A DNA stretch of 64,000 bases from Tubiluchus corallicola (taxonomy: Eukaryota > Animalia > Priapulida). This document shows, one piece after another, positions 1 through 13,600 of the stretch. The notes below the pieces were generated by a model, which saw nothing but the letters and a program-made list of their open reading frames with translations, was not told the DNA's origin and searched no databases. Position 1 is the first letter of the stretch, and each line of letters opens with the position of its first letter. Location of the stretch: NCBI GenBank assembly GCA_030141605.1, contig JAQGDQ010000163.1, positions 248,001 through 312,000 on the forward strand, given 5' to 3'. Both the position numbers and the translations under genes were made by a program.

Positions 1-220
1 TTCATAAACTATGCATTACATCTGATAAATACGGAGAAATTTTAATTAGCAAATCACAATCACAGGTCCTAAAATTAGAGCAATTTCAAGTTATTGCTCT
101 AATGCTAGTAATTATTGTTTGTTTTTTTTGAAAAATAAATATTAGTGTTCTGGCTGTGTTGTAATGGTGCAGGTATGTACAATGTACAGGATTAACTTTG
201 AATTGCCTTGATCACAGGAG

Positions 221-294
221 AATAGGGTGGCCTAGTGGTCTAAGGCCATTGCCTTAGAAGCAGAAGGTCCTTGGTTCGTTTCCACGCTGTATTA
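221..294 (+). pseudogene. tRNA-like sequence (degenerate tRNA gene or tRNA-derived SINE head), anticodon TAG
   Basis: A-box TGGCCTAGTGG (228-238) and B-box-like GGTTCGTTTCC. Anticodon loop CTTAGAA. Acceptor stem AATAGGG/CTGTATT pairs 6 of 7. T-run at 299-304 could be a Pol III terminator. Mismatches in three stems and a short variable arm argue against a functional tRNA-Leu. Confidence 0.55.
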
Positions 295-3200
295 CAACTT
301 TTTTGCATTTCTTGGTTTTCAAGTTTGGTATCAAAATTTAATTATGGGTTTTTTGCACAATTAAGTATATATACAAGATGAGAACCCTCTTAATAAACTT
401 TTTATATGACATCAGTAAGAAAAGAGAAGAAAAACAGGATAGCAAATAACAATAATTTACATAGTTATCCCATATTTACCATGCAGTGTGTGTTTTTCCC
501 ATATTAGAGCACGATGTTATACTGCAGATTTGACAGTTAAGTGAGCAGCAATATCCCACGTCAGCTTACATAACTTATCCCGGTTACATGGATACTCGTA
601 ACCTACAACATGTGTTCTTACTGTTGTTTTTTTGTTATTATTGTGCTTTTTATTATCATGTTTTTGTTGTCATCGTCTCTGCTACGTTTCATCCTATGTA
701 CAGGATCAATGTTTTTTATGTTGTATGTATTATGTCTTAAATGCACTCAATGACATGCAGTACCCTCAATGCGTACGCTAAACTATGGTATATACGATGT
801 GTTTTGCCCAGGTTAACGAAAACCATAGAAAACCATTAGATGTCAGTTCTAAATATAACTTTATTCTAAAAAATCGCCAACCACTAAATTAAATGTGATG
901 GAGTAATCACAACAACAACATCTCAAAAGAATCTCAAAAGCTCTTAACAACATCTTACACGTGGAAAGATTTTATAATTCGATGATATCTGTAATTTATG
1001 TTTTTGAAATAACATTGAAATTCGATAAAGGAGCTTTTCAATGGTTTGCTCTGCTATGAGTAGATCACTTGCGTGCTTCTATTGTATTAATTCTTACCGA
1101 TTGCTATTATAGATAAGCCTGCCGTATACAAACTGAACTAGATTTTTAAAACCAGTTGAATTCTTGCCTCAAGTTACACGAGTATACTTATTTCAAATCG
1201 CATAATTTTAGTATTTTACAGTGTTCTGTTAACAACAATTATTACAGCTAAGTCTGCTCATGTAAGCAGTAATTCGCTTATTACTCTAAGCTAGATGGAT
1301 AGAGTTAAACTTATTGCATTAATCGGCTTAGATTAGCGTTTAATCCTGTAATTATTGCGTGCCAGCATAACAACAGACGAAGTGTTACAAGGCTTTTCAA
1401 TTGAACAATTTGTTAACTTGAATTAGGCTACAATTAATCATTATGATGAGATCCACTGACATTTTAGGTGAATTTTATATAAATTTGTAAAACTTTTTAT
1501 TTTATTTTTAATTTTCCAATGTCTGAAGGACGTACTCTCTTGGTTGTTTGTACTTGGCTGTTATAATATTATTCTAAGTCAGAGTTTATCGTATGTAGAA
1601 AGTGTTTCATAATTGTGGTGCCCAACAAACTTTGCAAAATCTTTTGGCTTCGATAATTTTATTTGCGTTATTTTTCCACTTCTTTAGAAAAATTCTGCAG
1701 AAAGTTTACGCGATAATGAAGTACCTATTGTAACTTCAAATTATTACGGAACATTAGCAGTGCACACGCACGCTTATAATAGCCGTTTTCATAGTTGTGG
1801 TATTACCAGAAATCAGTGTCAAAAATAATCGTATTAAACTCTTAACCTTTTACTGCCGGTGATAATAGAATTTATGTTCCGTAACTACAGTATTATGCTT
1901 ATTATGAGTTATTATTCGCTGTCAAAATGTCAGTAGTTGCGTGAACTCAGTGCAAATAAGAGCGGATTTCATGGGGGCGAACCTCAACCCCTTTCGTTTT
2001 CCAAGGTCCTTCAGTCTTTTTGGGAAAGTGTTACTTTTGAAATGCAAAGTTGCATCAAAAGTATGCGAAACGATATCCCAGAATCCCTTGTTATGAGATT
2101 GCTCCCACAACTCTCCTACCGTCTAACTAGGTGCGCCTCTGTCGGGGAGTGTCTCTTCTGTTGAAATCGCTAGCATGTGTGAACTGAACTATTCACTATA
2201 ACTATAATATGTCTATGACTGACGCTAGATCCGGTGTTAAGCACTGGCATCTAGTTTATAATCTTCTTTTTTGAGCTTTACTAGTCTAATCTCTGAACAT
2301 GACTAATCCTAATGATTAGACCAAGGTAAATAATTATAGACGCTTTTACTGGGTAACCTGCATCAGACGATTAACTAATGTTTGTAATTGTCTCAGTTCA
2401 CTGAAGATGCCTTACTTAAATAGTAGCCTGTGATTACGTTTCTAGGGTAATTTTGGGTACTAGGGGAATTTCTCTGACGGTGAACTCGCAAGTGTGAATT
2501 CCCTTGCGAGTTAATAGCGCCAAATTATTGCAAACTCTCCGACAGGTGCTGCGAGTTCATTTCTTGTGAGTTACTGTCTGCTGTGAACGCCTCGACGAGT
2601 TACTCTCGACACTTCTCGCAGTGAACAGCGAATCAGGTGTCAGTTCGCGCTTACTGTCCGAGACTAACTCACAGAAAGTTTGCTGTCTAGTCTGAACAGG
2701 CTTGTGAGTTACTTGTTTGGCGAGAAAACTCGCTAGTCTGAATGCATATAAAGAAGGTTGCGACAAGAAAGACTAGAGTATTGAAGGTGCTGTCAGCAAC
2801 TGAAAATATGGGAAATGATAACAGCAACCAACGATGGGAAAACAAGAGCAGGATCATCACCGCCGTTTGCAGTGACAGCTCTAGCTTAGTAATTTCTTGT
2901 AGAAGAATCTCGAGATGGTCATTCTCTTCCATTTATGGCGGCAAACACGCAGTTTTAATAACCTCACTTACATAACATATAACAAAGTACATGTCTGGGT
3001 CAAGAAGAAGCTAATGGTGCGGCCACACTTCATTCTCTGGTCAAGTGGTTATCGTGAATGCTGTTCACACTCTTCAGTCATCAAAACTTTCGTTTGCACT
3101 ACGCAGGGAGCAGTCTTGATGGTTTTCATACTAAGTGATCTTAAATACCTATGTAATAGTTATGTAAGCCTGTAAGGTCAAGTACAGGGGTCTTGTTAGG

Positions 3201-4843
3201 TCAACATGATCTTAAATTGAGGTCATTTAGCTTTGGAGCAAAAATATGATGAGCTTTGTTTACATGCACTGTATATGAACTAATAAAAAACTCAAAATGG
3301 TTAAGAAAGAGATATTGAAAATATGGAAAACATAATAAAACACAGCTAGATTGTCGTCAGTGAGATAAAAATGTTATTTGTAGTTTCCATGAGCTGTTAA
3401 AATGGAGTTCAACATAAGTGATGTTTTACTGCTTGATTTGCTTCTAAGTTTTTGAATCCTTGTTGATGAAAAGGATAGCTCAAAGAATCGTTGCAAATTT
3501 CATGTTTCGAAGTTTGTATTAGAAAAGCAAAATTAATTTTGTTGATGTAATTTGGTTTAGTTTAATTCGATACTTTAAGTTGTGACAACGTAGGATATTG
3601 TTACTTAGCAATTTGGCTGAAATTAGCGTTTCAAAGCTCTTATCTACAAGTCAGTTGCAAGAAAACCTACAATAATCAGAACATTGAAGAATAACAGTTC
3701 GTCAAAATAAATTCACACACAGTTTTATTTCTTGATTCAGTTACGCAAAAACCTCCCCCTTGCTTATCACATTCTTTAGCAAATGCGTTTAATTTATATA
3801 AAATCACAATAATTTTACTCCTCCTTAACTTGGTATGACATTATCAGTATGTGAAATCATGTTCAGTTTAATTCTATTGTTAGCAGTTCGTCCTTGACCT
3901 GGTACAATTGATGGTAAGTCGTACATTGAACTGTTGGGGGTTGCCTGTTTTGTTTACAAAACTTATTGACACGCTTTTTCATGTTTATTCTGACTGGTTG
4001 CGTATAATGTCAGGATGTAAGATTACTCTAGCTGACTATATAACAACTGCTTAAGTAATTATTCTACATTCGACACGTAATTATGACAAAACAAAATTTC
4101 AAAAGACTTGTCAGTTTAGGCAAATCTGAATTTAGAATGTTTGCCTGTATAAAAAGGCCGCAATCCAAGCAGTGTGTGCTGGATGTCAGTACATTAAATA
4201 TTACAAAATTCACTGTAGATTAATTAACTTGATTAATTAACTAGGCCCTGCCACAGGCAATTCAAAGACCAGACAGGCAGACAAGATGTAAAATTCGGTT
4301 GCGCTCCACCCTTTCTCTTGTATGACTCGCGTAAGAAAAAGAGGTAACCGCTTACCGAGAACATGAACTAATTCCACTTGGGTGGGATTCTCTTTTTCAC
4401 ACATGTGCACCTGTTCAACATTGCAATTAAGAACTTAATCTGATTCAGAAATTCCCTTAGGCATTTTCGTTTTTTCAGTCACTTTAAACTAGTTTTGTTA
4501 CAGTTTTTATACTGGCTTGCATTAGGAGGTTTGCGTGTGAGTAAATATGCAGTAAAAGTGGTTTTGTATTCATCATCGACACTCGGTCAGCTTAAACGAC
4601 TAATGATTTAGTTTAAACCGTCAATTATAAACGTATAACTGCTTACGTAAGTGCAGCCTCGAAATTATACTTAAAACATAATCGTAATTATGAAAAATGT
4701 CGTTGCCAACGCCGTTATCAATTTTGCCGTCCTTAACACTCTCGTTATCATTATCAACATCATTATCAGAAGAATTAATATTTTTGATCAAATAGAATGT
4801 ATTCGTACTTATGGTTTTTTGGTTACTCGCTTGCAAAATATAA

Positions 4844-4846
<3 letters not shown>

Positions 4847-4927
<81 letters not shown>

Positions 4928-4929
4928 AT

Positions 4930-4986
<57 letters not shown>
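4847..4986. repeat. Compound microsatellite (CT)n followed by (ATATAC)n
   Basis: Directly visible; it produces the spurious SLSL/YIYI/HIHI ORFs. Confidence 0.97.
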
Positions 4987-6454
4987 ACTCTGTTAAGTTG
5001 TTTGATACGCTGTAATGATGATGATGATGTTGTTGTTATTATTCTTCGTGTGTTTATGTATTTAATGTTGTAACGTCACAACTGTGTTACTTAGTATTCA
5101 AAATGTTTCGAAAAAAATAGACATGACAACGATAAATGGTGCTCTAAAATGACATCCTAGCTGTAGGGCAGAAAAAAGCTCGACACGTATCCCAGTTTTT
5201 AAAATAACTCAATTAATGCTTCGTATTCGGGATTAGTTAAGTAAGTCAGGTAAAAAACCTAATATATCGTTAAATAAGCCAATTAATGTTTCGTATTCTC
5301 TAGAGTAATTAGGAGTTATGTAAGGTGCACATATGCGCTTTCACTAATGATATTAAAAGCCGACATGTACGTTCTCATGTAAAAAATCAATAAAAATGAC
5401 ATTAACGATGTCAACGTTTCGTTACAACATTCTCAATGCAGTGGAATGTGATGTACCTTGGTAGAGATGGCACTATAATCATATATTGCCGTTGGCAAAT
5501 TCATCTGATAAATCATAATATCTCGTAACTTGTGACCTAAATATTTCTCAATAATTAAATTTGGACTATTAAAGACACCTCAGTAAGCAATTTCCTTACT
5601 AAACGCATTCATTTTATTAGACTTGTATTTACGAGCGTGGGATGAGTTGTCCTAGCGCCGCCAGTCTCGCTACTTCACCATATTTTTATGATCCATGAAG
5701 AATCTGAAATTGTCGCATAATTGATTTATTCTTGACCTTCTGACATCTGACATATGGCCTCTGGCAGTAAAATTTATGTCTCCTGGTAGAAAGACTTGTG
5801 AGCCTCTTTGATGTCGCCTGAAAAGTTTATGGACCTGCATTATACTTTTTATACATATAGAATTGATATTTACATTATAGATTTAGTTACTTATATTACT
5901 AAATATTATAAAACTGTTGCTTAAGTATAATGGGATGGAAATGACGTCATTAGTGATGATGACCAACAGTGATCACCTGTAATTAGCTCGATGCCATTAC
6001 GGGATAAATTCTATTTTTTTAAAAATGAGTGCTATCCTAACATCGTTTTAGTTATAGTAAGATTTTCCATGGAGAGTCCATTGTAAATGGCGAACTAGTC
6101 AACTATACAAACTGTTTGCGCTATTTCTCGTACAAAATTTATTTATTGCTTGCCTGTAATGCACAACAAAACAGCTTTTAGTTGTTTTAATTGCGACAAA
6201 TAACAAGATACTTGTTACGATTGTACACTTGACATAGAGACTACTAATGATATGCTGAACAGTGTGCACTGGTAAAACACTTCCTTGTTTTCACTCAGGG
6301 AAGTAATTACAAATAATTTATTTTCATTTTTCAATCAATCAAAATGTTAATATGATTAATTGTGTAATTTCACCTGTCATACAGAATTGTCGCGTCTCTC
6401 TTCCTCACTCCTTGATAAAGAGATAATATTCTCTGTCTCTCACTCTCTCTTTTT

Positions 6455-6932
<478 letters not shown>

Positions 6933-9900
6933 TTTGTCTATCTATCTATCCATCCAAATATCTGTCCTTCCTATCTTCTTTCCTAATGCATTTCTATACT
7001 TTTTCTTTCACTACTTCTTTGTTCAATTTTCGAGCCTTCTACTGTTTCCGCTAACAAATGTCTCTTTTCCTTCATTACAATTATTTATTGACACCATCCT
7101 TTTTCACTACATTCACTTTGTTTCTTTGTTAAGTTGGTTTTCTTTCTTAGTGTATACCCCCTCCTAGCTAATGGTTGCACAGACAAGCTCTTCGCCAATC
7201 ATTTTCTCATTTTGCACTGCTCATGACATTTTTCACTAGACGTGATTCATCGTAACACAGACATATACAATTGCTGACAACCTGAAGTACAATTATTGAT
7301 TATTTGACAATGCATCATTTTGTGTGCAGAACGTTTTTAAAATACTCGTATCACTTTTAGACGCAAACGCACAAAGATCGGTTCACTCTTTCGTAATTAT
7401 TTACCAATTTTATAATCATTAATAAACAAATCCAGTACTACGTATCAGTATCAAACTGTTCTGAATAAAATTAATTATCTTGTGAAAATTATGCTGAGCT
7501 AGTTATTGACTATTGTTGAAGTAATTTATGACAGATAAACAATGAGCACTGAAAGAGAATAGGACGGGCATTAATATATTGGGTCACCCAGAAACAGTGA
7601 TTGATTATCAATGCAACTGTTTTATTTATAAGCAAATTGTCTGATGTGTTGACATATGCAGGTTTTGATACCATTTACTTGGCTGTTGCAATAACTGGTT
7701 AGATGTCATTTCGTCGTCCATTTTGGCCGTCCCGTTTTTTATGCAGGTTCGACACTCTGTAAACTGGAAACCATCAATCACTACCAGAACCTTCTTAATG
7801 AATAGTTGAGGTGAGACTGGGATCTTGCTCGTATCGAGAATAATGCTCTAAGATGACACACTGAATATGTGGAAGCCACTTTCGCCTGCGCATCAGACTA
7901 GGCTGTGTATTTATTCATTTCTGCTCAAGGTTCCCGTGTTTACCTTGAGCGAACGTCAACTAAATCCACACGTATAAAAATATTGTACTTTTGAAGTTTC
8001 TAAATTCAGGTATCATCCAATCACTGAATTAGGTTTAATCGACTTGATCACTTTTAAAAAACTGTTTTTAAAAAACCGTGTTACAAAAATAACATGCTGC
8101 ATAAATAATCGAGATTACATTTTTGAAAAGCGTTCATATGCAGTACTGTTTGTACAGTTGTAGATCACTCTACCTTCAGCATTCTACTTAACGTATTGAC
8201 AGGCAAACGTAAATGGAACATTGGGAAGAAATATTAGCATCCACCTATATTTTAGGCTCTTTAGAACCGGTAATCTTACATAGTAATGAACAGGATGATT
8301 CAATACCACACGAGTTTTCGCAGGAAATTTCGACACTACATGGTAGCCAATTGTCTGAAGTGTCAACAGATCATCAGCGTTCTTCAGCCTAGTCCAACAT
8401 AAGTGTAAACTCACCTTTATATAATGTCAAGTGGCTCTTACACGCCTAAGCTAAAATGTCCACATCTCTAGGGACGCAGGCTAAAATATGTGCCTTACTT
8501 TCAACTATTTAATAATGAAGAATCATTGTTGTCTCTTAGCTTCTAAACGGCCTGGGGGTGCGAGTGAAATGTGAGCTATTACTCACCCTGACAAGTGACA
8601 ACTTTCTTTTTGCGAACTGCAAGTGTGACCCAGTTCCTCAAAGTTGGTAAGAGATTTGTCATTACAAGAAGACGCGTTGACATCTATAACGGTCTGCATG
8701 ACTTGTGTTTACGATTGTCTGTAATTATCATTTAGCGACTGCTTGCGGTCGTTCACCGCCCAGATGGATTTCAGTGCTGGTGGAAGTCGCAGTTTTAAAG
8801 TTTTTAAAAAGTGGGTATTGTAAATAGTTAATAAACTAAATTTACATCGAGCAGAATTGGTGGGACATTTCTATTAGAGGTGTGATTTATAGTCGAAACA
8901 GTGGCTTTTAATAAAATTATTTTGTTCACTCGCGTTAATGAATCATCCTCTGCCGATTCACTGTTTAGAGAAGAAACGGTGCGCTTAAATGGTAGGAGAA
9001 GTCATTTGGTTTCTGTAAAACTAGTAAATTTTAGTTTTGATTAATTCGAATCGAGGCTTGAAAACTCAATTAGCGTCTCAGGAATGGGCTCAAGTACTTG
9101 GGCTTTATTTGCATAAATGCCTTTCGTTGTTAGATTGCAAATGTTTGGCAAATTTTTGTTAAATATTAAGCAATAATATAGGATCAAAACGTGGACGCAT
9201 ATAGATGATTTATCATTTTCATAAATGTTTTTAATGGTTTATAGAAAAGTTCTTTTACAACGCTCGCATCATCAGTATATAATAGTATCAGACTGCTTGG
9301 CAAATATTAAATCACAATATTAAAGTTGCAAAATAAATAAAAACTTATTTGTGTTGGGTAAACAATAAAAAGTTTGGTAGGCCTACAATAAAGGTGTAGA
9401 CTTACTTAGTGTATAAACCTAGAAGTGTGAAACAGCGTAAACTCACCTATTCAATTATTGTTTTGTTTTGTGCAAGTTTATGCAAAATTATATATAGCAG
9501 TGGACACTTGATATGCTTGTGGTGCGTTAAGTAAAAAAGCGACTGACTGCCACTACAAACAGTTTGCTTCTACTATTTTATTTTATATACTCTGTGCTTA
9601 ATTAATGTTGTCACTATAAGATTTGAAAATGTTTTTAAGGATTTTCTGTCCCTTTTCACGCTAAAGTAGTTTAAATGGAGCGCAAATGTAAATATTTCCG
9701 TGTTAGGCCTATCGAACTAATTCTCATCTGGTTCTATTCAAGCGCACAGTAACGATTATAAATATTTATAATAAATTTGAATGACAAGAAAACAGGTACC
9801 TGAAAGCTTCAGGAAAATCGCCTTGAAAATTATATTACTTTACAGCAATGTTAAAGGGAATTTTTGTTTGTTTTCATTTTAAGTCTCCCGTAATACTGTT

Positions 9901-10683
9901 CCGACGGCGCCATAACGTAACATCAGTTTCGCAAACATAAATCAGGCGTAGGAAAGGCAACATCAAGTTATGTCCCAAAAAACTTTCCGTGCAAACCTAT
10001 ATTACTTCGCATTTCGCTTTCCTGCTGAAAATACTTATGTGACTAGAAATAGTAATTTAAAGTGTTCCTGCCAATTGGTAAAATGTCGCTGACTCACTCT
10101 CCAGGGTGCTTCACTCACTAACCAACAACGTATTTTTAATCTTAGTGACAAGATACAGTAATTTAAAATTTTACTTAGTTAGTAACATGCGTACAACAAA
10201 TGCTCTGATTATGTTTCCAAACTTCAAGCAATGTTATCTAAACTTGTATCAAACGACCTAGCTTTACAATGGCTGTGCTTAATGATCATCGCGGGAGTTT
10301 AAATTTACAAGTTTTATACAGTATTACTGCCGACGCAAGCCCTGCATGCAAAAAGGCAGTATGTAAGTGGTATAAAATTTCAAGACGAATTTTTTAAGCT
10401 TTGTGTAAGTGCAGGGTTTTTTGTGCTTTTAAGGCTTTATTGATTAAGGCGCACTGAAACGCAAAGTTTGTCGTCTTTGACTGTTTTCATTTTTTTCTGA
10501 TATTCTTGCCTTTGCAATGTTGTTGAGGATGTCAGTTACTGTCTAGTTGAAACTAAATGATGAACTTGAACTAAATTAAGTTAAGAATGTTTTTAGTGTG
10601 AACTGACACAAGTTTAGTGCCTACGATAGAGTAAAATCCAAAGCATTTATTTTTTCATTTTCAGAAATTCTCGGACTGCTAAA

Positions 10684-13600
10684 ATGTTGACGGAAGAGAG
10701 TAAAAAGGGGGCGTTGATTCGTCACCAGCATCGACACAAACTTAGCAGTCGGTTCGACATCATACGCAACCTTGGCAAGGGAACTTATGGAAAAGTAAAG
10801 CTAGCGCTGGACAAGCAAGCCACAGCCCAGGTAAGAGCAATGCTTTTCTTAGATTGTGGTGTTGAGTTGGGTAAGCAAGTAAAGCAAAAGGAAGCAGAAA
10901 TGTACGCATCGAAAGGTTGGCTGGCTGGTCGACTGGCTGGAAAGCTGATTGAATGACTTGAATGATTGTATGAATTAACGATCAACCGAACGAACAAGCG
11001 GGAATGCAAACGAAACAATGAACGGATTAGCAGACAGACAAATGCGCAAGTAACTAACTGTTGCCTTTATGGGATTCAGAAAGCAAGAGCATTTATTGTA
11101 TTTGAGGGGAGGGAGTGGGAGTAAGAAGGTTTGAAATACATTGTTCTTGTATACAAAAATAAGAACAATGCAACACAAAGTAATATCGATTATGGTCCAA
11201 GTGGTGGATAAAATGAGGAACAGAAAGAAAAAGCTAAAAATGTAATAATTTCATAAATAAAAGACAATAATATGTGTAACTATGTAATACTGTGTACTGC
11301 TTCGTATATTCACTGCCATAAGCACACAGTTATTTTGAAATGCGCTTACAAATACTAAAAAACAAAAAAGAGTTACAAGTAACCTTTATTTTTGTAGCTG
11401 TACGGGTCCCTACGTGAACGTTGTGCACTAATTCTTGGAATGCTGACTGACCACGCCACCTCTCCTGCTTAATTACTCTCATTTATAATTACAAGTTTAC
11501 TCGTTGCTAATAATTAGACGCATTCGTGACCTCATGGCGTGCTTAGAGGCACGATTTGCATAAAACTTTTGGACTTTTGAGCCTTGAAAATGTTTAATGA
11601 AGACCTTCAAATTTGCGAGGTTAAAAGTTTACGACTTTGCCTTAATTACACAAACTAACTGGTGGCTCATTGACGTTTTCGTAAAACGAGAAATAAAACG
11701 TGTTCTTCATGTTACAGTCAAACCGCGGGGTGATAGGGCCTTCTTTTTTATACAAAGCAGTACAGTTTATGCTATTTGCACATATACTGTTAGTTTACTA
11801 TGGTAGAAAATTTTGGCGCTGAATAAGACATCTAAACAAATTAAAATTTGACACACAAAATCGTTTTATAAACAACTCAAAAATAAAAATTTGGAAGGTT
11901 TAAAAATGGATTACGAATTGTCTGTCCTTTTCGGTCACTTACGGGTGTATTCTGTACCGACTTTACAGGTTGTTACCCACAAACCTATTATGTAATTTAC
12001 ATGTACGCATTTTAATTGAATATCTGACAGTGTAATTAAACAAGAATAATTGTAGTAATAGAGGAATGTACTCATTACCATTTCCTAATGTGACAGTGTT
12101 GCCAGCTGAATGTATGAATGGTGACTAATTAATAACTTGCTAGTCGTTCATAATGTGCAATTAGGTCGTCATAGTACGCATATAAAACACATCAAAAAAT
12201 GTTCGCGCATTGTTGATAATTTGTGGATCCACGCCTAGAAGATTGTAGTTTGATATCTTCATTTAGGGATCCAAATTTATAGTGCACAATTTATGATTAC
12301 TTTTGTCCCAGCTGTCTGGCACATAAAACTCGGTAAAGGTTTATTCACAAAACCCGCTTGGCCTAAATCTGATCACTTTTCAATTTTTATTTTATTTATT
12401 TTTTGTTACTTTTTATCAGCGGGAAAGTAGTTTTTTAACAGGTACGTGCATGACAAAGGTTCACATGCAGCTAATCTACACTAGTTTCTTTACTTTTTTG
12501 ACAAAGTAGCAGTTTCAGTCGTTTCGGCAAAGCTTCATCCACAAGGTTAATGTAGTCTGTGAAAAGCTTGAAGCGCTTAAACTTATCAGTAATGTATTTA
12601 CTAATACGAGAATGCTGTTACTATGTAACAGTTGCTACGTTAGTTTTCATAAGCATTTACAGAACGCGCGTATTCTTAGTTTAAAGAGAATTTAAATGCA
12701 GCGACCACAATTTTTTCCTGCAGGTGGCAATAAAGGCGATACAAAAGAATAAAGTTAAGAATAGTGAAGATCTTCTGAGGATTAGACGGGAGATTGAGAT
12801 CATGTCCTGTTTGCAGCATCCACACATCATTCACGTTACTGAAAGTTTGTTTACTTCTGTTTTTTATTTTGTATTTATGCTACATCATAAATTGCTTTAA
12901 AAATTGTATGACTGCAGTACAGTATACGAGATTGTGGCACCATCTGTAGGCTGTCCCTCAATAGACAATATCCTAATGTAGATTACAAGAATTTAAACGA
13001 ATTCATTCTTTTTATGTAAAGAAAATTAATACGTTGAAATTGTGTTTTGAAATTTTAAATACGTTCGATATTTAGCAAGTGCATAATTTAAGTGTTTTTA
13101 TTTTAATATTTTTTTCATCTTCTGTGTGCTTAATGATAGTCGTGTAATAATGCATTTATTTAATATGACCGTAAAGATCAGTTACCCCATTTGTATATGT
13201 GATGTACATGTAACTTTTATTATGGTCAGTAAACTATCTAACTAACAATAGGTGACTTTCCTTGTTTCTTATTATTAGTTTTTGAAAGCAAACAGAAGAT
13301 TGTTTTGGTAATGGAGTATGCCAGTGGTGGCGACCTCTATGAGTACATCAGCAAGAAGAAAGAGTTAACGGACGAAGAGGCACGACGGATATTTAGACAG
13401 ATTATTTCTGCTATCCACTACTGCCATCAAGTGAGATAATCTTGTACTAATATGTCTACAAATTATTAGTTTGCGTGTAGCATTGAGTTTTAGGACATAT
13501 CCTTAAAGAGAAGGCCTTCATTAAGTTTGAAAAAATGTATCATTTAGGTACTGATGTTTTTTTGTTCATTGTTTCAGCATAACATTGTTCACAGGGACCT

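Noticed and set aside
2461-2505. kappaB-like sites GGGGAATTTC and GTGAATTCCC upstream of NUAK
   Set aside because: Short motifs with no TSS evidence; they cannot be supported from sequence alone.
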